A DNA stretch of 64,000 bases from Amoebophrya sp. A120. Lineage: Eukaryota > Protista > Dinoflagellata. The stretch spans positions 248,001 through 312,000 of the forward strand of contig CAJINV010000014.1 of NCBI GenBank assembly GCA_905178155.1, given 5' to 3'. The translations under genes and the position numbers were made by a program. The notes under the pieces are model-generated. The model saw only the letters and a list, made by a program, of their open reading frames with translations, did no database searches and was not told where the DNA came from. This document shows positions 22,601 through 36,300 of the stretch, piece by piece (the first letter of the stretch is position 1; the number at the start of each line of letters is the position of its first letter).

Positions 22601-25600
22601 TTTCCATGTTCTATAGCCGTATAATTGCAAATTCAAAAACGTGCGTTTCGGTTCATGCAGTACTTTTCAGGCACAACGGAGTACACAGCCTTCTATCGTT
22701 GTCCACCTTGTTGAGGACGTTCAGATTTTTCAGAAGTAGTACGTACTTCTTGCATTGTACAAATTCAAAATCATTTGACATTGACTCGCGTTGCCAAGCA
22801 GAGGGTGTGTAGTTGCATTTCAAGGATACCGAAGGCGAGGTTGGAAAGAATCTCCCGTTCTTTCTCCATCAGCCAGACGACGTACCTGAATTTGTCATGG
22901 GTAACGGGAACAGTGACATCATCCCTACATGTTTATCATGCAGCACAGATTGATCATGCTCTGTTTATCGTGTTCTGCTTATATATTATGCTGCTGATGC
23001 GACGGAAATCAATCCGCGGCATTCTTAAGGGTAACATGTCCCGCGGAAGAAAGATAGTCATCGTAGTTGTACAGACCTTTTGCACTTCCCGCTAAACGCG
23101 GGATCAAGTTCGGACAGGAAGATCTCCATGTTTACGCTATGAGAGTGCAAAATAGCTACTTGCTCTCCTCGCTTTTTGCCTTGCAAAATTACAAACCCAG
23201 CGGCCGTTCTTGCGAGCCTCGACACCGTGAGCCTGACTTGCATGAAAAGCTACAGGACCATCCAAAACCGCACTACAATCCGTGTCTCGAAGCTGCGCCA
23301 TAAAAAATTGCATATTCTGTTCCTTGCTTCTGTTTCTGTTGATGCAACACAGTTGAGAGCGAGAGGTAGGGCGAGTACTTAGTAGTTGTGCATTATCATA
23401 CACCCTGTCGTCGTTTGAGATCGCGTCCTTCAACATACGCCAGTTCAGCTATGACCGTGCACAGTTCCCCCGCCCCGTCATTTGTCATGCAAGGTACCGA
23501 GTCCACCCTTTGCCTGCTCTTGGCACTGTTTGCATGACAAGTTCTTGTTCTGGCAGCACAAAGAGATGAACTACACTCCAGTGCAAATTTGTCATGCAAA
23601 ACCCGCACGCTTGCTGATGCTTGTGCTATGCTATACAAATGAGGGAGAGGGCTTGTTTTTGTGCACTGTCATATCAACATCATGTCCTCTGCGTGGTCAT
23701 ACAAGTTGATGAGATCCACCAGCTTGTCGCTGATTTCGAACAATTTCCGGCCCTTCTGCCGGTCAAGCTGGACAATGGTGTAGCGACAGGCCTGGAGGTC
23801 CTTGAAAAGCTCCTCGGCGCGCCAGTTGTCTTCGCCGATGCCGGACCTCGCCATGGCAACCTGCACCTGCCGCTCCTGTTCGATCTCTTCCAGATATGAG
23901 AGTGCACAACTACCCCTCCCCCGCCTCCTTTGTAAAATGCAAAATACCAAACGCAGCACTTGCGCCGTGGTCTAGGCACAGTTTGCATGGCCAATTTTGG
24001 ACCCCCAAACAGTACTACAATCCGTGTGCAGGAGATTTGTCATGCAAAAGCCACATTTCTGGCGTTGCTTGTGTTGCTGCTCATCCCATACAAATGAGGG
24101 GGAGGGGGAGTTGTGCACTGTCATACCAGAATCTCCTTCCGTTTCTGATCCATGACTGCGACACCGATTTCGCACTCCTGTACGGCTTCTTGGAAGTACC
24201 TGGAAATTGTGGTTGATGTGCCAGCTATTTTCATCTTGATCTTGTCAAGCTGAAGTTGCAGCCCCCGGCGCGGGCAATATACTTAGTAGCAGAACAACTT
24301 GCGTTTGTGAGCGACTGTGACTTGCGTTTTTCTCTTTGGTACAACAAAATCGCTGCAGCGAGCTCGCGTTCTTGAGGTCGGTCGGGTGCAAATAAATCAC
24401 CACGTCTTCATGCAACATCAGTAGAACAAAAACACTCTCATTCATCAACATACCCTGCCTCATCTTGGGTCCGCGTGTTGAAGGTCCCTGGGTCCACCAG
24501 CGAGCAGCGTATCCAAGCGACGAAAGGCCGGTGAGTCTTCAAAAAGGAAATCCGTTTATAACGTTCTGCTGCGCTGCATTGATTCTACAGGAGCAGGAGC
24601 AGCTTTTGGAAACAAATTTAGTACCATACCTCGAAGACCATGCGTACAACTGGTCAAGGACATACAAAAATAGAAATACATCAAGCTGCGAAAAGAAAAA
24701 TGGTCTTGCGGTGGATCAAAACAAGGCACTTCTGATAGAGAAAACAAACAATCTAATGGTCATTCTCCTGTCATCTTTCCTCCTTTCTTTCATTCCAGAA
24801 TAGAGCTTTACTTATTTTTTGGCTCCGATTTTTATGACCTCTTCACCAGCTTCCATTGCATAACACAGTGGTAGCACTTGAACTTCGACGCGTACGGGAC
24901 TCGATTGGGCGTCTTGCATCCGTATGCATTGCAAATATGTCCGGGTCTGGACGGCACTTGTGATGCTAAGTGGCGATTGTTGGGCACACTGCTGAATGCA
25001 GACGAGCATGACAAATTTGTGAGGACGCTTCCTGACGCGTTGTGCGCATGGCAAAGGCAAACTGTGCATTTGCATGACGAGACTGAGTTTGTTTTCTTGG
25101 TCATGCGAGACAGATTCATATACAAGAATACAAGACATGCAATACAGGTTCCACTTTTCCAATTCCAGACCGCCCAGACATAATATTTGCAATGCATAAC
25201 CCGGGACACAGGACGATGTTCGAAAACGCAGAGTTAAACCTTGGGTCCTCCGCCCAAAACTCGCTTTCATAGGGCCCTTTCTTGTCCCCGCCGGGTCCAG
25301 CACTTGTTGACGATCCCTGCCGGGAGGGGCGGGACGGTGGCGGCTGCTGGTCCTCGTTTTTCCAGTTCCAGGACTTACTGCTGCTCGGCCCGAGGTGGCT
25401 GGTCCCGGATTTCAACTCCTCGCTAAAAAGCTGGGAAAATTTCTCGTAGGGGTCGTTCAACTCGTCCTCCTGACTGCCACTCCGCTTGGAAGTTTTATTG
25501 TTCCCACCGGCGCGGCTAGAACTGGAGGACGCCGTGGCGTTGCTGCTTTTCCTGCCACCTCCCGCGGTTGTATTGGCGTTAGTTGTAGTACCACCGGTGG

Positions 25601-25859
25601 TAGAGTTTCGATTCAAAGGGTTGTAGCCGGACGAAGTGGAGTTCGGGGCTCCGTCCAAATCTTTGTTCTTCAATCCGGTACTGCGGATCTTGTAGGGTTC
25701 CGCCGCGGAGTTCCGCGAAGTACCACTGGGGTTGGTCGATCCGCCGGGCCCCGAGGCTCTGCGGCTGCTTGGGTCGTTGAGCCCCAGCGGGTCCATGTCA
25801 CCGGCGTCATCGCCCCGACCGGTCTTTTTCTTGCCTTTCCCGCGGATGGTGTTACCCAT
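19694..25859 (-). CDS. multi-exon protein with MGNT N-terminus, CxxC-CxxC Zn ribbon and C-terminal DnaJ J-domain
   Basis: After introner removal: LCPGCKTPNRVPYASKFKCYHC and ACEILGL...MKKAYRKKALEWHPDR...ATRMFQKIKDALDYL. Single-gene continuity is inferred. Confidence 0.65.
20192..21004. mobile_element. introner (AAAGGAAAAATCCCCCTCCCC family) carrying a nested insertion
   Basis: TSD TCCGG; splits the J-domain AYR/KKA; homologous to 49814-50135. Confidence 0.9.
20241..20715 (-). mobile_element. nested insertion flanked by an 18-bp direct repeat (probable retroposed fragment)
   Basis: CCAAACGGAATTTCTGAT at 20223-20240 and 20716-20733; absent from sibling 49814-50135. Confidence 0.7.
21158..21349. 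mobile_element. introner
   Basis: TSD AGATG. Confidence 0.8.
21671..21821. mobile_element. introner, TATCCACAG family
   Basis: TSD TCTTG. Confidence 0.88.
21888..22148. mobile_element. introner, 262-bp family
   Basis: TSD TGTTC. Confidence 0.88.
23450..23673. mobile_element. introner, GTGCAC family
   Basis: Flanks TCAGC/TCAAC; frame restored. Confidence 0.82.
23895..24125. mobile_element. introner, GTGCAC family
   Basis: TSD CCAGA; terminal IR. Confidence 0.88.
24923..25198. mobile_element. introner
   Basis: TATGCATTGCAAATAT IR; flanks ATCCG/ACCCG; restores CPGC. Confidence 0.85.
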
Positions 25860-27309
25860 CTGATGTAAGTAGTTCTACTTATTTGCCGTTGGTCCTTGCG
25901 CGAGGACGAGGTCCGCAATCGTACCGACGCTGCGGTGGGCTTGGCGTGTAGTTTCTTGCCGGCGCTTCTTATGTAGACTAACGCTTCTGAGTGTCGTGGA
26001 TCAGTTCACAGCATGAGACGCCGACGGGAGGTCGTCAAGGATCAACAACACGACGCCGCACGGAGGAACGGTGACGGTCGGTCGTTGTTCCCACGAAAAA
26101 GTTGATGATGTTCAGCATGATGAGTAGCGCTCTCCCTTTATGGGGTCTTTCCGCTCAAGTAGAGGATGCCCCATGAGAAACAAAAGCCGCGTAAGAACGA
26201 GAAATACATCGATGAAGGGGGCGCATGAAAGATCGAGGATCCATAGTCATGCTTGCAACGAACGTCATTCATTTTGGGTTTTCTGAATTCAAAAAAGCGG
26301 ACGGGGCCGCGTGTGAAATAAGAGTAAAGAAAAAATGAGGTATTTCTTAGGGGCTCAGACACGTTACAATAGGTATTTACTTAGTTGAGTTGTTACTAGA
26401 TCGCGCGCATGCGAGATTCTTGCGTAGCAGGTCATAGCGCGGGGTCTTAAAAAATGAGGGACTTCATACTTCTTGTACTGGGTAAAAAATAAATTATGGG
26501 TAGGGCATCTTTGGAATAGGAGTAGCGCAAACACAAAAAAGCTGCGGCAGTGACGTCGTGATATCAAAGGATGTTGTGGATCAGGCTATATTAGCATAGA
26601 GTCGTTGATGCCTCGCGCGGGAGCACCGCAAAGCTACACTGTATCTGCACTCGAGCAGTGGAAAATAAATGCGCTCCCGAAATAGATTCGCTAACGTCTC
26701 TCATCGAAGCCACTCAGCTGAGAGCAGCACCTCAGCACTCACGATCTTGACGACCCTTTTTTTGATGTGCCTATTTGATGCTGGTCGAAGGTTTTTGCTC
26801 TCTCCTTTTCCTTCTTGGGCCTGCTGTAGTTTGCAGGAGACTCACTTCTATACGAAATACAAGCAAATGCAAGCGTCGAGCTCAACACGAAATACACGGC
26901 TTGCTTCTGTCTTAATAGCTGACAGTCGCACTTCTACGTCGACGCACTATACCGGTACGATTTCCCACTTTGACACCAGATGAAAAACTGCGTGGAAGGC
27001 TGCCTGACCCAACGCAGGAGCAGCATCATCTACGAACATCTACATCAGACAAGCGTGCTGCGGCTGCCGACACAATATCCTGTCGCTCGTTTTTTGCTTT
27101 GTTCCGTCGATACATGGGCATTGAGGAGGCGCGGACAGGACAGGAACTGCTTGGTGATTGGCGTTGCCGAAATTCGGAAAAGGAAACCAAGTGTCCGAAA
27201 GAAACGATAGTGACACTGGACCCACTCTTATCTTGGACTCCGTGTGTAATTGTTAAGTAGGGAAAGGTAGCGGTGACTTTTCACGAAGACCTCGAAGATC
27301 CCTCCAGCA

Positions 27310-30300
27310 TCAAGGCCCACCACGACCCATGATTTTCTCCGCCCGGTCACAGATCGCGGCCCAGCGTGCCCGCTGCCCGCTTTGCGCACACCGTCGTTCG
27401 ACGTAGTCCAGGATGCGTTTTTTCCACACACCTTCCCGCAAATCCGCTAAGTTGACGTGGACCCCAAACTTTTTTCTCAGCCGCTTCACTGCGTCCTTCA
27501 GCCGTTGCGCAACCTTTGTCAACGCCTCCAGCAAAAACCTCTCCACGTGCGCTGCGCTGTTCAATCGCTTATCCAACACCAGATCGGGAAGCGGAAAGCA
27601 GTGGCTGTGTAAAACCCGGAGGATATCCGGTGTAAAAACGTCCCAGCCCATAGCTGTCATGCAGATTTGCATATGCAGGAACGTTTGTAATGCGCATCCG
27701 CAAAAGGTGCAGTTTGTTCTAGTTGTCGCGTTTTGGCATTTGTTATGCTTAAACCGACCAAACCACAAACGCGCCTTTGGCACTTGTAATGCTGTAAGCT
27801 GCAGGATAAGCCGATGGATTAGTGATGCGGCTGTCCCCGCTAAACTGCGCTACACTACCGAGAGAAGGAGCTTGTCGTGCGTGTCTCCCAAAGTTTCTGG
27901 ATTTGTGTATGCAAATAAACCCCCTTCTTGACTATGGGGAGGTGGTGAAGTCTTTACATCGGATAGAGACAGGTGGCACTGAGCTTCTCGAGGATTTTTG
28001 TGCTTGCAGTTGGACGACCGTTTTTAATGATGGAATTCTTTTTGCTGTGAACGAAAGGTCCTCGTCCTCGACCCTTCTTTTTCCCTGGCCGCCCCGGCGC
28101 TCCGAGGGTCAGCGGTGTCTGTTTCAAAACAACAGAGATGCTCATATGGAGCTCTCAAGCGTTACACTCTCAACTGTTACATGATTTGTCATGCAAAATT
28201 GCCTTTACTACTTACGCCATCAAGCTGCTTCGCATGACAAATTCTCAGACGGCCAAACAGGCGGAGAATCTGCGCCAAATCTGTCATGCACGACGCGCAA
28301 GGCCTTTCCTTTGCTTTCACTTTTGCCATTTTTGCATTACAAATTCATGCAACAATTGAGAATGTAACAGTTGAGAACGCCATAGTTCAGACGCCGGATG
28401 CCTGGGAGGATAAGGCGGCGCGAGGAAGCCGCTCCTGTAGAGCCGTTTTCACTGCAGTACTCCGGCGCGAAGCGGATACCCGCCCAAGTGATGGTTGCGG
28501 CAGAAGGTGGCTGCCGCACCACGTTCGCCGGAGGAAGTGTGTCGCGATGTTTTTCGTCAGAGGGTCGTGTCTGAAGCCCAGTTATCCGAAAGGTTTTTTT
28601 TACCGGCCTGCGCACGCCTGTCAGAGCTCGCTTCTTGTGCAGCCGTCCGAAGACCTTTTCCCACTTCGAAAATATCTTGTGAGGTGTTTTATGAAAGCGG
28701 CAGGTAGGAAATCGTCAATAGAGTAGCAGTTGACATCAGGATTTGGCTAAGGATGTGACTCGTAGATGTATGCTATGGGACGCTGTGATAGTGAAACGTT
28801 ACGAAAAGCATATTTATTTGCATACCATCGTGTAGAAAGTTCTGCGCGAGGGTATGACGTGGCAGAAAGAGAGCTTACACGATACCATGCGGGATAACCT
28901 TACGCAGCACGGAATACTACCTATGCATACAACTACGCGGGTATGATTGGACAAAGTAACAAATATCCAACAGCTCCTCCGACTTCGCGCAAACGGCTAA
29001 GTCGGGAAAACGCAAGAAATTCGGCACATGTGTACTGTAGAGGCTGCAAATTAAAGCCAAAAACGCACATGCCTGCTGCAAATGCTTTCAATTTTGGGCG
29101 GAATTTGAAAGCTTTGCAGTACACATGTGACAGATACGCATGAATTTCGTGGATTTTCCCGACTTAGCCGTTTGCGCGAAGTCGGAGGAGCTGTTGGATA
29201 TTTGTTATTTTGTCCAATCATATACGCGGCTACCGCAAGATAGTGCAAAAGAAAGACCCGGCCGGGCCGCGGGCCAAATTGCATAAACAATGCAAGAGCA
29301 AGTTGTCATCAAACAAGTATTTATAATGAGCCTGGATGTATGCAAGAAACTATCCGAACCATGTGCGATCTCGGGCTCGCTGACGCGCGGCCCACTCAAA
29401 GCAAATCGGATCATGCAGTCGCACACCCCACATGATCGAAATCCACTTCCCGCTGCACGCACGGCGCGCTGTCACGCCTACAAGCGCGGAAGCTTCCGCC
29501 ACGCATCAAAGCATGCGGAGTAACATCACGCACGATGGTATTGTCGACGAGGCGCGCAACGTCTATCATACCGTCCGGAGTGATATTACCCCGGATGCTA
29601 TGATGCGCGCCTGAAGTTGCTGTTTCCACAAAGTACTGCTTTTGTGTCTGCGCTTACAGAGACTGAAAATTTCGCCACAGCAAATCGTTGCAAACGAGCA
29701 TCAATTCGTACATCATTGCAAACAAAAATTAAAACAAACGCCCTCAGAAGATCATTTCCAACCTGACAGATTACATACTTTTCTGGCCCGATGTAGAAGA
29801 AGTCATCGACCAGGCGCGCCGCGAGCTTCACCGGACGACAACGCAAACGGTGGATCTTAGTTTCTTCTCCTATTCCTTTTGCTTTTCCGTGCAAACTAGC
29901 AACTACAAAATCCGGCTTGCGAACAGGAAAACTATCCGCTGCAGTAGTACTTGCGAGCTGTTGCCTTTCTCTCGTAGGTGTGCTTAGTTCATCTTTATTC
30001 CGTGGGCCGGCTCCTGGAGGTCTTGGAGCAGGCCTTGCCATTCCACCCGGTGCAGACGTGGTGGTGCTTGGAGCTGGGGGTAGCAAACTGCGTCCTGTGA
30101 TGTCCTCGGCCGCGTCGAGGACATGTTCCTCTGGAATGGTTTGCAGAACTGGCATGGCCATGGTCACCAACCTATTGGCTGCTCGTCCGGAGGTAGTAGC
30201 AATACCATTACCACGATTCATCTTGCATGATCCTCTTGATGTTTGACGGCCTTGCGGAGATGATCGTGACAATGAGAATGGTCGTTCCTGACGAGAGGAC

Positions 30301-33300
30301 GTCGTAGTGGTCTCGAGAGGAGGACCAGAGGTTGCCTTGTGACGCTTCCCGCCGGAGGAGGAGGATAACGGTAACGCGGACTCGGCTGTGGAAACTACGG
30401 CGCGCTGCTGGTCGCATGCTGGCCTTTTCAGATTTCTTCTCGTATTGCCGTTGGCAGCTGGCATGATCTTGTTTATTTCCCGTACATAAAGTTGCGGCTC
30501 CTGGTGTCTGTGACTCTGAGCCTTCTGTGTTGATGAACAAGAAGTCGCTCCTTTTGTGTTGCTTCTAATGTTCTTCCCTCTCTCCAACCAGGCCCCGTCT
30601 TTTGCTCCAAGCACCAACGCGTTAAACAGCGGGCTGGCCCGGGCGCCCTGCGCTATACCAAGCGAGGACTTCTCTCGCGATACCACCTTCTGCAGGTTTT
30701 TCAGGCGTTATGCACATGGAAGGTGGAAGTTGTCTTTTTTTTTTTGACAGTAGCTTGTTCTTCAGTTTCATTTCTAATCTCAGTGCAGCTAGTGCGGATT
30801 GCTCGTCTTTATATTCGTGCACGATACAACCTTCATTCACCAATTATCATGCCCAATAATTTCAGCATGGCCCAGAACCAGATGCAAAATCAGGGTCGTG
30901 ATTAGCAACCACAACAACCACCTAATGGCGATTCACACACCCTTAGCTCCACGGCAAACGAATCGATGGAAGCTTGCAGGCAGTCGGTCACCTTAGCATG
31001 CGCAATTGTGCGCATCGGGCCGACTGGGGCAAGCAGGTGCATAATCTTCGGTGGAGGAAGCACGTTCACAATTTTATTCTTCTCGCTCGCACCACAAGGA
31101 ACTTCGCGCTTCTGGAGATGATGATGTCCTCCTCGACCACCGCGTGGTGCCACCTGCAGCTGTTCTTGTTTCCGCGCAAACAGCACATACGGCTTCCGCC
31201 GCAAGAAGGAATTCTGTGGGCCCTTTTTACTTGCCGCTAACGTTCTCTTGCCTTTTTCCTGGAACGCGGCGCGGGTCCAGACCTTGTCGTTATCCTGCAT
31301 AAGCATAGGCATAGCGGCGGCGGCGGCCTTGCTGTCACTATCCGAGATGTTGGACTCCTGAGCTTCAGCAGCACCACGACTGCTGGTGGTCGAAGTAGTT
31401 TTTTTGTCCTTGCCTGGACAAACACGCGTTTTCTTGGTCGTGTCTTTCGCTTGACTCGCCCCACGTGCAGCTTTTGCCTGCGCCTGCTGCATCTTGAGCA
31501 GCAAAGGAAAGGATACTCGGCAATCCGTTTCCGGCTCGTGCGTTTTGATGAGCCGGTGCATCCGATGAAAAAAAAACCAACTGCAACATGATCATCATCA
31601 AATCTTCTTGACGGGGACGCGGTCGTGCTGCCCAACAACGATGTCTGGCAGCCCGTCGTATCGTGTATTTTCACTCTCGTACGCTTTGCTGCACCGACGT
31701 CACCGCGAACGCGATACTTCTTCTACGGGGCTAGAGCAAGAACGTGCTGGGTAATGTTACGCACGACGCTATGACACACAGAAAATTGTGCGTCGAGTAT
31801 ACCCTCGCGCGACAAGTTACGCACGATGCAATACAAATCGGACACGTGATTCATCTTCCTTGCAGCGAGCAAATACAAACACAAAACTTGTACTTATATA
31901 TATCGATGAACGATGTTCGTGGTTTTGATGATTATTTACCGATGATATCTTTCAGCTCTTCGCGATTGATGTTATCGTAACACTTTGGCAGGTCGGCGAT
32001 GGCGAAATTGGTTGCAGGGCCCGCGCAGCTCCGGCGAAGCCGCGCAATTTTTATGCTCCTGGTAGTCCTACTACATCGATGCGCATCACTTTGTCGGCTA
32101 TCATCTGCTGAGCCAGATGCCTCCACCAGGGCCTTCGAGGCTTTCCTCGTCGTTTTCAATATTTTCCTCCGCTGGCTAACGAATTTCCGCACGCATTTCT
32201 TCAGCTTCGCCGCAATTGCGAACCGGTGAAAAACCGAGATTCCGAGAGCAGGAGTAGCTCGGGTGTTCTTTGTCTTGCAAGAAGTAGAAACTGCGGCTCT
32301 ATGCACTGTGTTCAACATCTTCGTAGAGGGCTTCTTCTCCTGCATCATCTTCATCAAAACCGTTGCTCTATTGTGCACGAGCTGGTGTTTCAAAACCGCA
32401 ACCGAGTCGCGTAGCTGCCAGTTTCGGTTCTGAAATCGCAGATCCACAATCGGGCGCAGGCCCTTGGACCCCTTCGGAACCCACCGGATTCGGTTCGTCG
32501 GGTTAGTTAATGAAATTGTTTTTCCAAGAATCTTCGTGGACGACGAATCGTGCAGTGCTGCTTGTGGGCGCACTTTTCGTTGCGACGGTGCCCAATCATG
32601 ATTCGATGATGGAACGGAAGTCAGTCCTCCGGAAGATCTCTTTCCTGCTACTCCCTTTTTTTGCGCACCAGCGCTGTTCGTCGAGAGAAGTCCGCTTTTT
32701 GCTGGTATTGGTACCGCTCCTGCTGCGTTGACAACCTCCTCCGTTGTTCCTGGCACAGCTTGAGCTAAGCCTTTTCTTTTGGAATCGGACGAGACAGTAG
32801 ATGAACCAGATATCATGGCCCTGCCGTGGTCTTCACTTGCATTATTATAAAGCACGGCGCCAGCAGCAGCTTCCTTCGCAGGACGTCGAGGATCATCACC
32901 CCCCAGCTGCACATCTTGTCTCTTATTTCTTGACTCCGCCAGGTACGCCCTCTCTGCCTGCACTATCCACAGTAAATTTCCTGCACACGTACAAATGCGG
33001 TCTCTGCATGGCAAAAGTTGATGGCTTCGATGCTAGTTCGGCATGACAAGTTTCACACTCCGGTGGATTGGGGAAATTTGTGATGCATCTTGTACATGTA
33101 CGAGAAATTTGTAGTGCATATGCACCTGCAGAATCTGCCAGTCCTCCTTCCGAAAGTACAAGGGCGTCTTGCCCGTCATTTCCCCATAGACGAGAAAGAA
33201 ATTCTGCTTCAGCATGGTTCCCACCACGTCTTGAAGAAGGAACTGAAACAGTTTGAGTTGGTGAAAGTCGCGCACTTGTCGCATCTGCTTGTGGTGGGGC

Positions 33301-36300
33301 CTCGAGGCAAGATTTTTTCGACGGCAGGACGCTTGGTGCGTTTGCCTGATTGTGGTAGTATTTGCGTTCTTTTCATCTGAGCAGCCACGTAGTGAAACTC
33401 TTCCCCGGCGCTTCTTTTTGTTGTTCTTCCGCGAAGTTGGGGAGGGGCGAGCAGGTTGTACGAACATCGGCGCGTTGAGGTGGCCCTCTGACGGTTGCAA
33501 ATAATGCACAACTTCAACTTCCGGACCACGCCGCGAATGTTGTGATTGACTCCTGGTGGCAGCTCTCTCGACAGGAGTGACTGGTGGCTGCGGTTTTTTA
33601 ACAATATTTTTTTCCCGACCTCCGCGACCGCGGCCGCGCCGACAGTGCTTGCGGCGCTTTCTTTCTTTTGGTTCTTGGTCTGTGTGGTCTCGCTCCCCTG
33701 CACCTGCTCGTGCGGTGATGCTCCTTCCGGGCGTCGGAGAGGCCGCGGTCAAAGCTTTAGCTTGCCGACGTACAACTTCTGTCGGATGTTGACACGACTC
33801 TTCGTGGTTTTTGTTAATTTTTTGCTCATCTTTACTTGCGTCGAGCTCGAGACCTTCGAGAAGCAGTTTATCATGTGCAGGTTCATCTTGCGACAACATT
33901 TTAGCTCTGTTCCGCTCCGCCAGTTCGACAGCGGATGGGGCGACGACTGGAGCGGAAATATTGTTACAGGCCGACGAGATCATAGTTACTGCTTCTTCTA
34001 CAGCTTCAACTTCTTCCATAGGTCGTTGCTCAACATGTCGCTCTGGCGTCGATGGTGGCAGAGACTCTGTCATCTCCGGGATGCTCTGGGTCATCTCAGG
34101 AGACCGAATAGCAGCACGATCGTCACTGCGGTTCGTGTTTCGCCGTTTATTTGGAGGTTTGGCCGACAACGGCAACGCTCGCTCTTGGTCGTTGACAAGG
34201 TCGTTCCCGCTGCTGGAGCTGCGCCTACGCTTCTTTAGTACCGTCTTCGCTTTTCCTTTTCCTAGTGTAGCAACTCGCACAGTAGTGACCTTGGTTGAGA
34301 CAGAGCTAGAAGTAGAACCTCCTTTGGTGTGCCGGCCTCCGTCTTTGCTCTTCATCCCCCGTTTGATGTTCTGCTCCTTCTTCTTCGCATTAAAATTGTG
34401 CAACAACGCATGTGCCGTCAAGGCCTCGTCCTTCTGGATGGTGACAAAACTTCGAATCAGGGCACGGAGATTCTCCTGCATAGTTGCAGAGAAGAAACTA
34501 CAAAGAGCATCAGCATGATCAGTAGAACTACTTTTACCGCTCCTGCGGGACCACTTCCAGGGGCAGCTGCGGGTTCTTTCCCTGATCACGCCGAACACCG
34601 CCCGAAACAGAAACTGAATCACCGCGCTGGCCGGCTGGCAAAAGCTTGTCGCCTTGAAGTCATTCAGTTTTAGCAGCTGTCGCTTGTTCGAAGTTCTAAT
34701 TTCCCTGGTGATGCGTCGCGGACAACATTCTTCTAGCAGCGGGTAGAACGACGCAGTAGCACAACCCGAAGATGTTGATCCGGCACCTGACACGGCACGG
34801 GGAGGAGGACGGCGCTGTTCTTGGAACTGTTGAAAATGGGGCTGGGTCCTGCTTCCCTTTGCCGCGGCTGTAGTACTGCCATGTTGGCGGGCTCCCGCAG
34901 CATTCTGGAGGTTTCGCTGTGGAGCTGGGCGAGGAGCTGTTCCGGCTGCACTGCCATCATCTAGTGGTCGTCCTACTTTGCGCTGCGACCAAGAAAGGGC
35001 CTCAGTGCTCGACGGTGGGAGATGCCGTGCCACGAGTACAGCCTGAGGCTTCACTCCTCGGGAAAGAACTTCACTCAGCGAGGAAGAGGATCGAGCCAAC
35101 CTCCGTGGCTTCTTTCGGGGGTGTGCTGTTGTTGTCTCCTGAGCGGTATGGGTAACCGGTGTAAATCTAAATCTTCTACTTTGATGTTGTAGAAACGGCA
35201 CTGCACGACGACACTGTAGTTCGTCGTGGGAGGGATCATGTTGAAAAAGAACAATGCGAGTTTCAACAGCGGTGGAGCACGGTTGTTCGAAAGCACTACT
35301 AGTAGTATCGGCATTCCGTTTCTGCTCGGAAAGTTGAGGAGCAATTTCCTCACAGCCCCGGAAAGGTGAAGCTGAATCGCCGCCGGGTCTCGTAGGAAAA
35401 CGGTCCGCTGGATCCACATCCTCCATGGTAAAACCGCGACTGTCCACCTGCTGACTGCTTTTGCTCACGCCTTCTAATATCGCCGGCCCCCGATAGGCAT
35501 TTCTAGAAGAAGTAGCCATGGAACAAATTTCCTTTTCACCTGCGAGCCTCTGCTTCAACCGTTGCAGCCGAAATCGATTGCGCTGCTGCCGGTTCGACTT
35601 CGAAAATAGCACTGGAATAATGTTCGATGATTCATCATGTGCGGTAGCGCCGACTGAAGGTCGTGGTGGCTTTTGCGCGCTCTCACTCCTTGTCTTTGCT
35701 CGTCCGGGAGCAGATGCGGAACCTGCAGCACAGTCTTTTGGAACACCTTCCGCGTCCGCCTTCTTAGTTGAAGTTGTTTCCTCACCAAGTTGGTTGCTCG
35801 CCATGGTCCTGCGTCGGTCGGCTGTGCAAGGACCCAAACAGGAAGAGCAAGACTCCTTCTTCTTCTTCTTCTTCGAATTTGCTTTTCCTTCCGTCCCGCC
35901 CCACACCAGATCGACCGCCATTTTCATTCCGGACAAACAGCTTGTGTCTTTCCCTTGTACCGGCCGGCCGCTGATCTGCAGGTAGTTTTGCACCCCGCCA
36001 CGCCCCCTCTCTCCGACGGAGTGAAACATCCGGCAATCAACCAGCAGGTGCAGGAAGAGGCGATCGCCGATCAGATTTAGCAACCTTTTCCACTTGTCAC
36101 CTTCCGCGAAGTTGGCTTATGAAGATTTAAGACAGTTCTTGTGCACCGGTTGTACTACGCATTGGAAGTCGTGACGGTGACCGCCCCTCACACAAAAAAA
36201 AAATTGCAATTGGTGTCAAGCTCTCTCTGCGAGAACGCATCTCATTTCGGCAGCAGTATTTCAATTTCGTAAACATGGCACACACACACACACACACACA

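Noticed and set aside
26000-27300. Telomerase RNA or other ncRNA next to TERT
   Set aside because: No template repeat or recognisable structure seen; no tRNA, rRNA or spliced-leader gene recognised anywhere in the window.
29598-33014. Retrotransposon or group II intron reverse transcriptase
   Set aside because: Telomerase-specific GQ, CP, QFP, T and CTE motifs flank the RT motifs.
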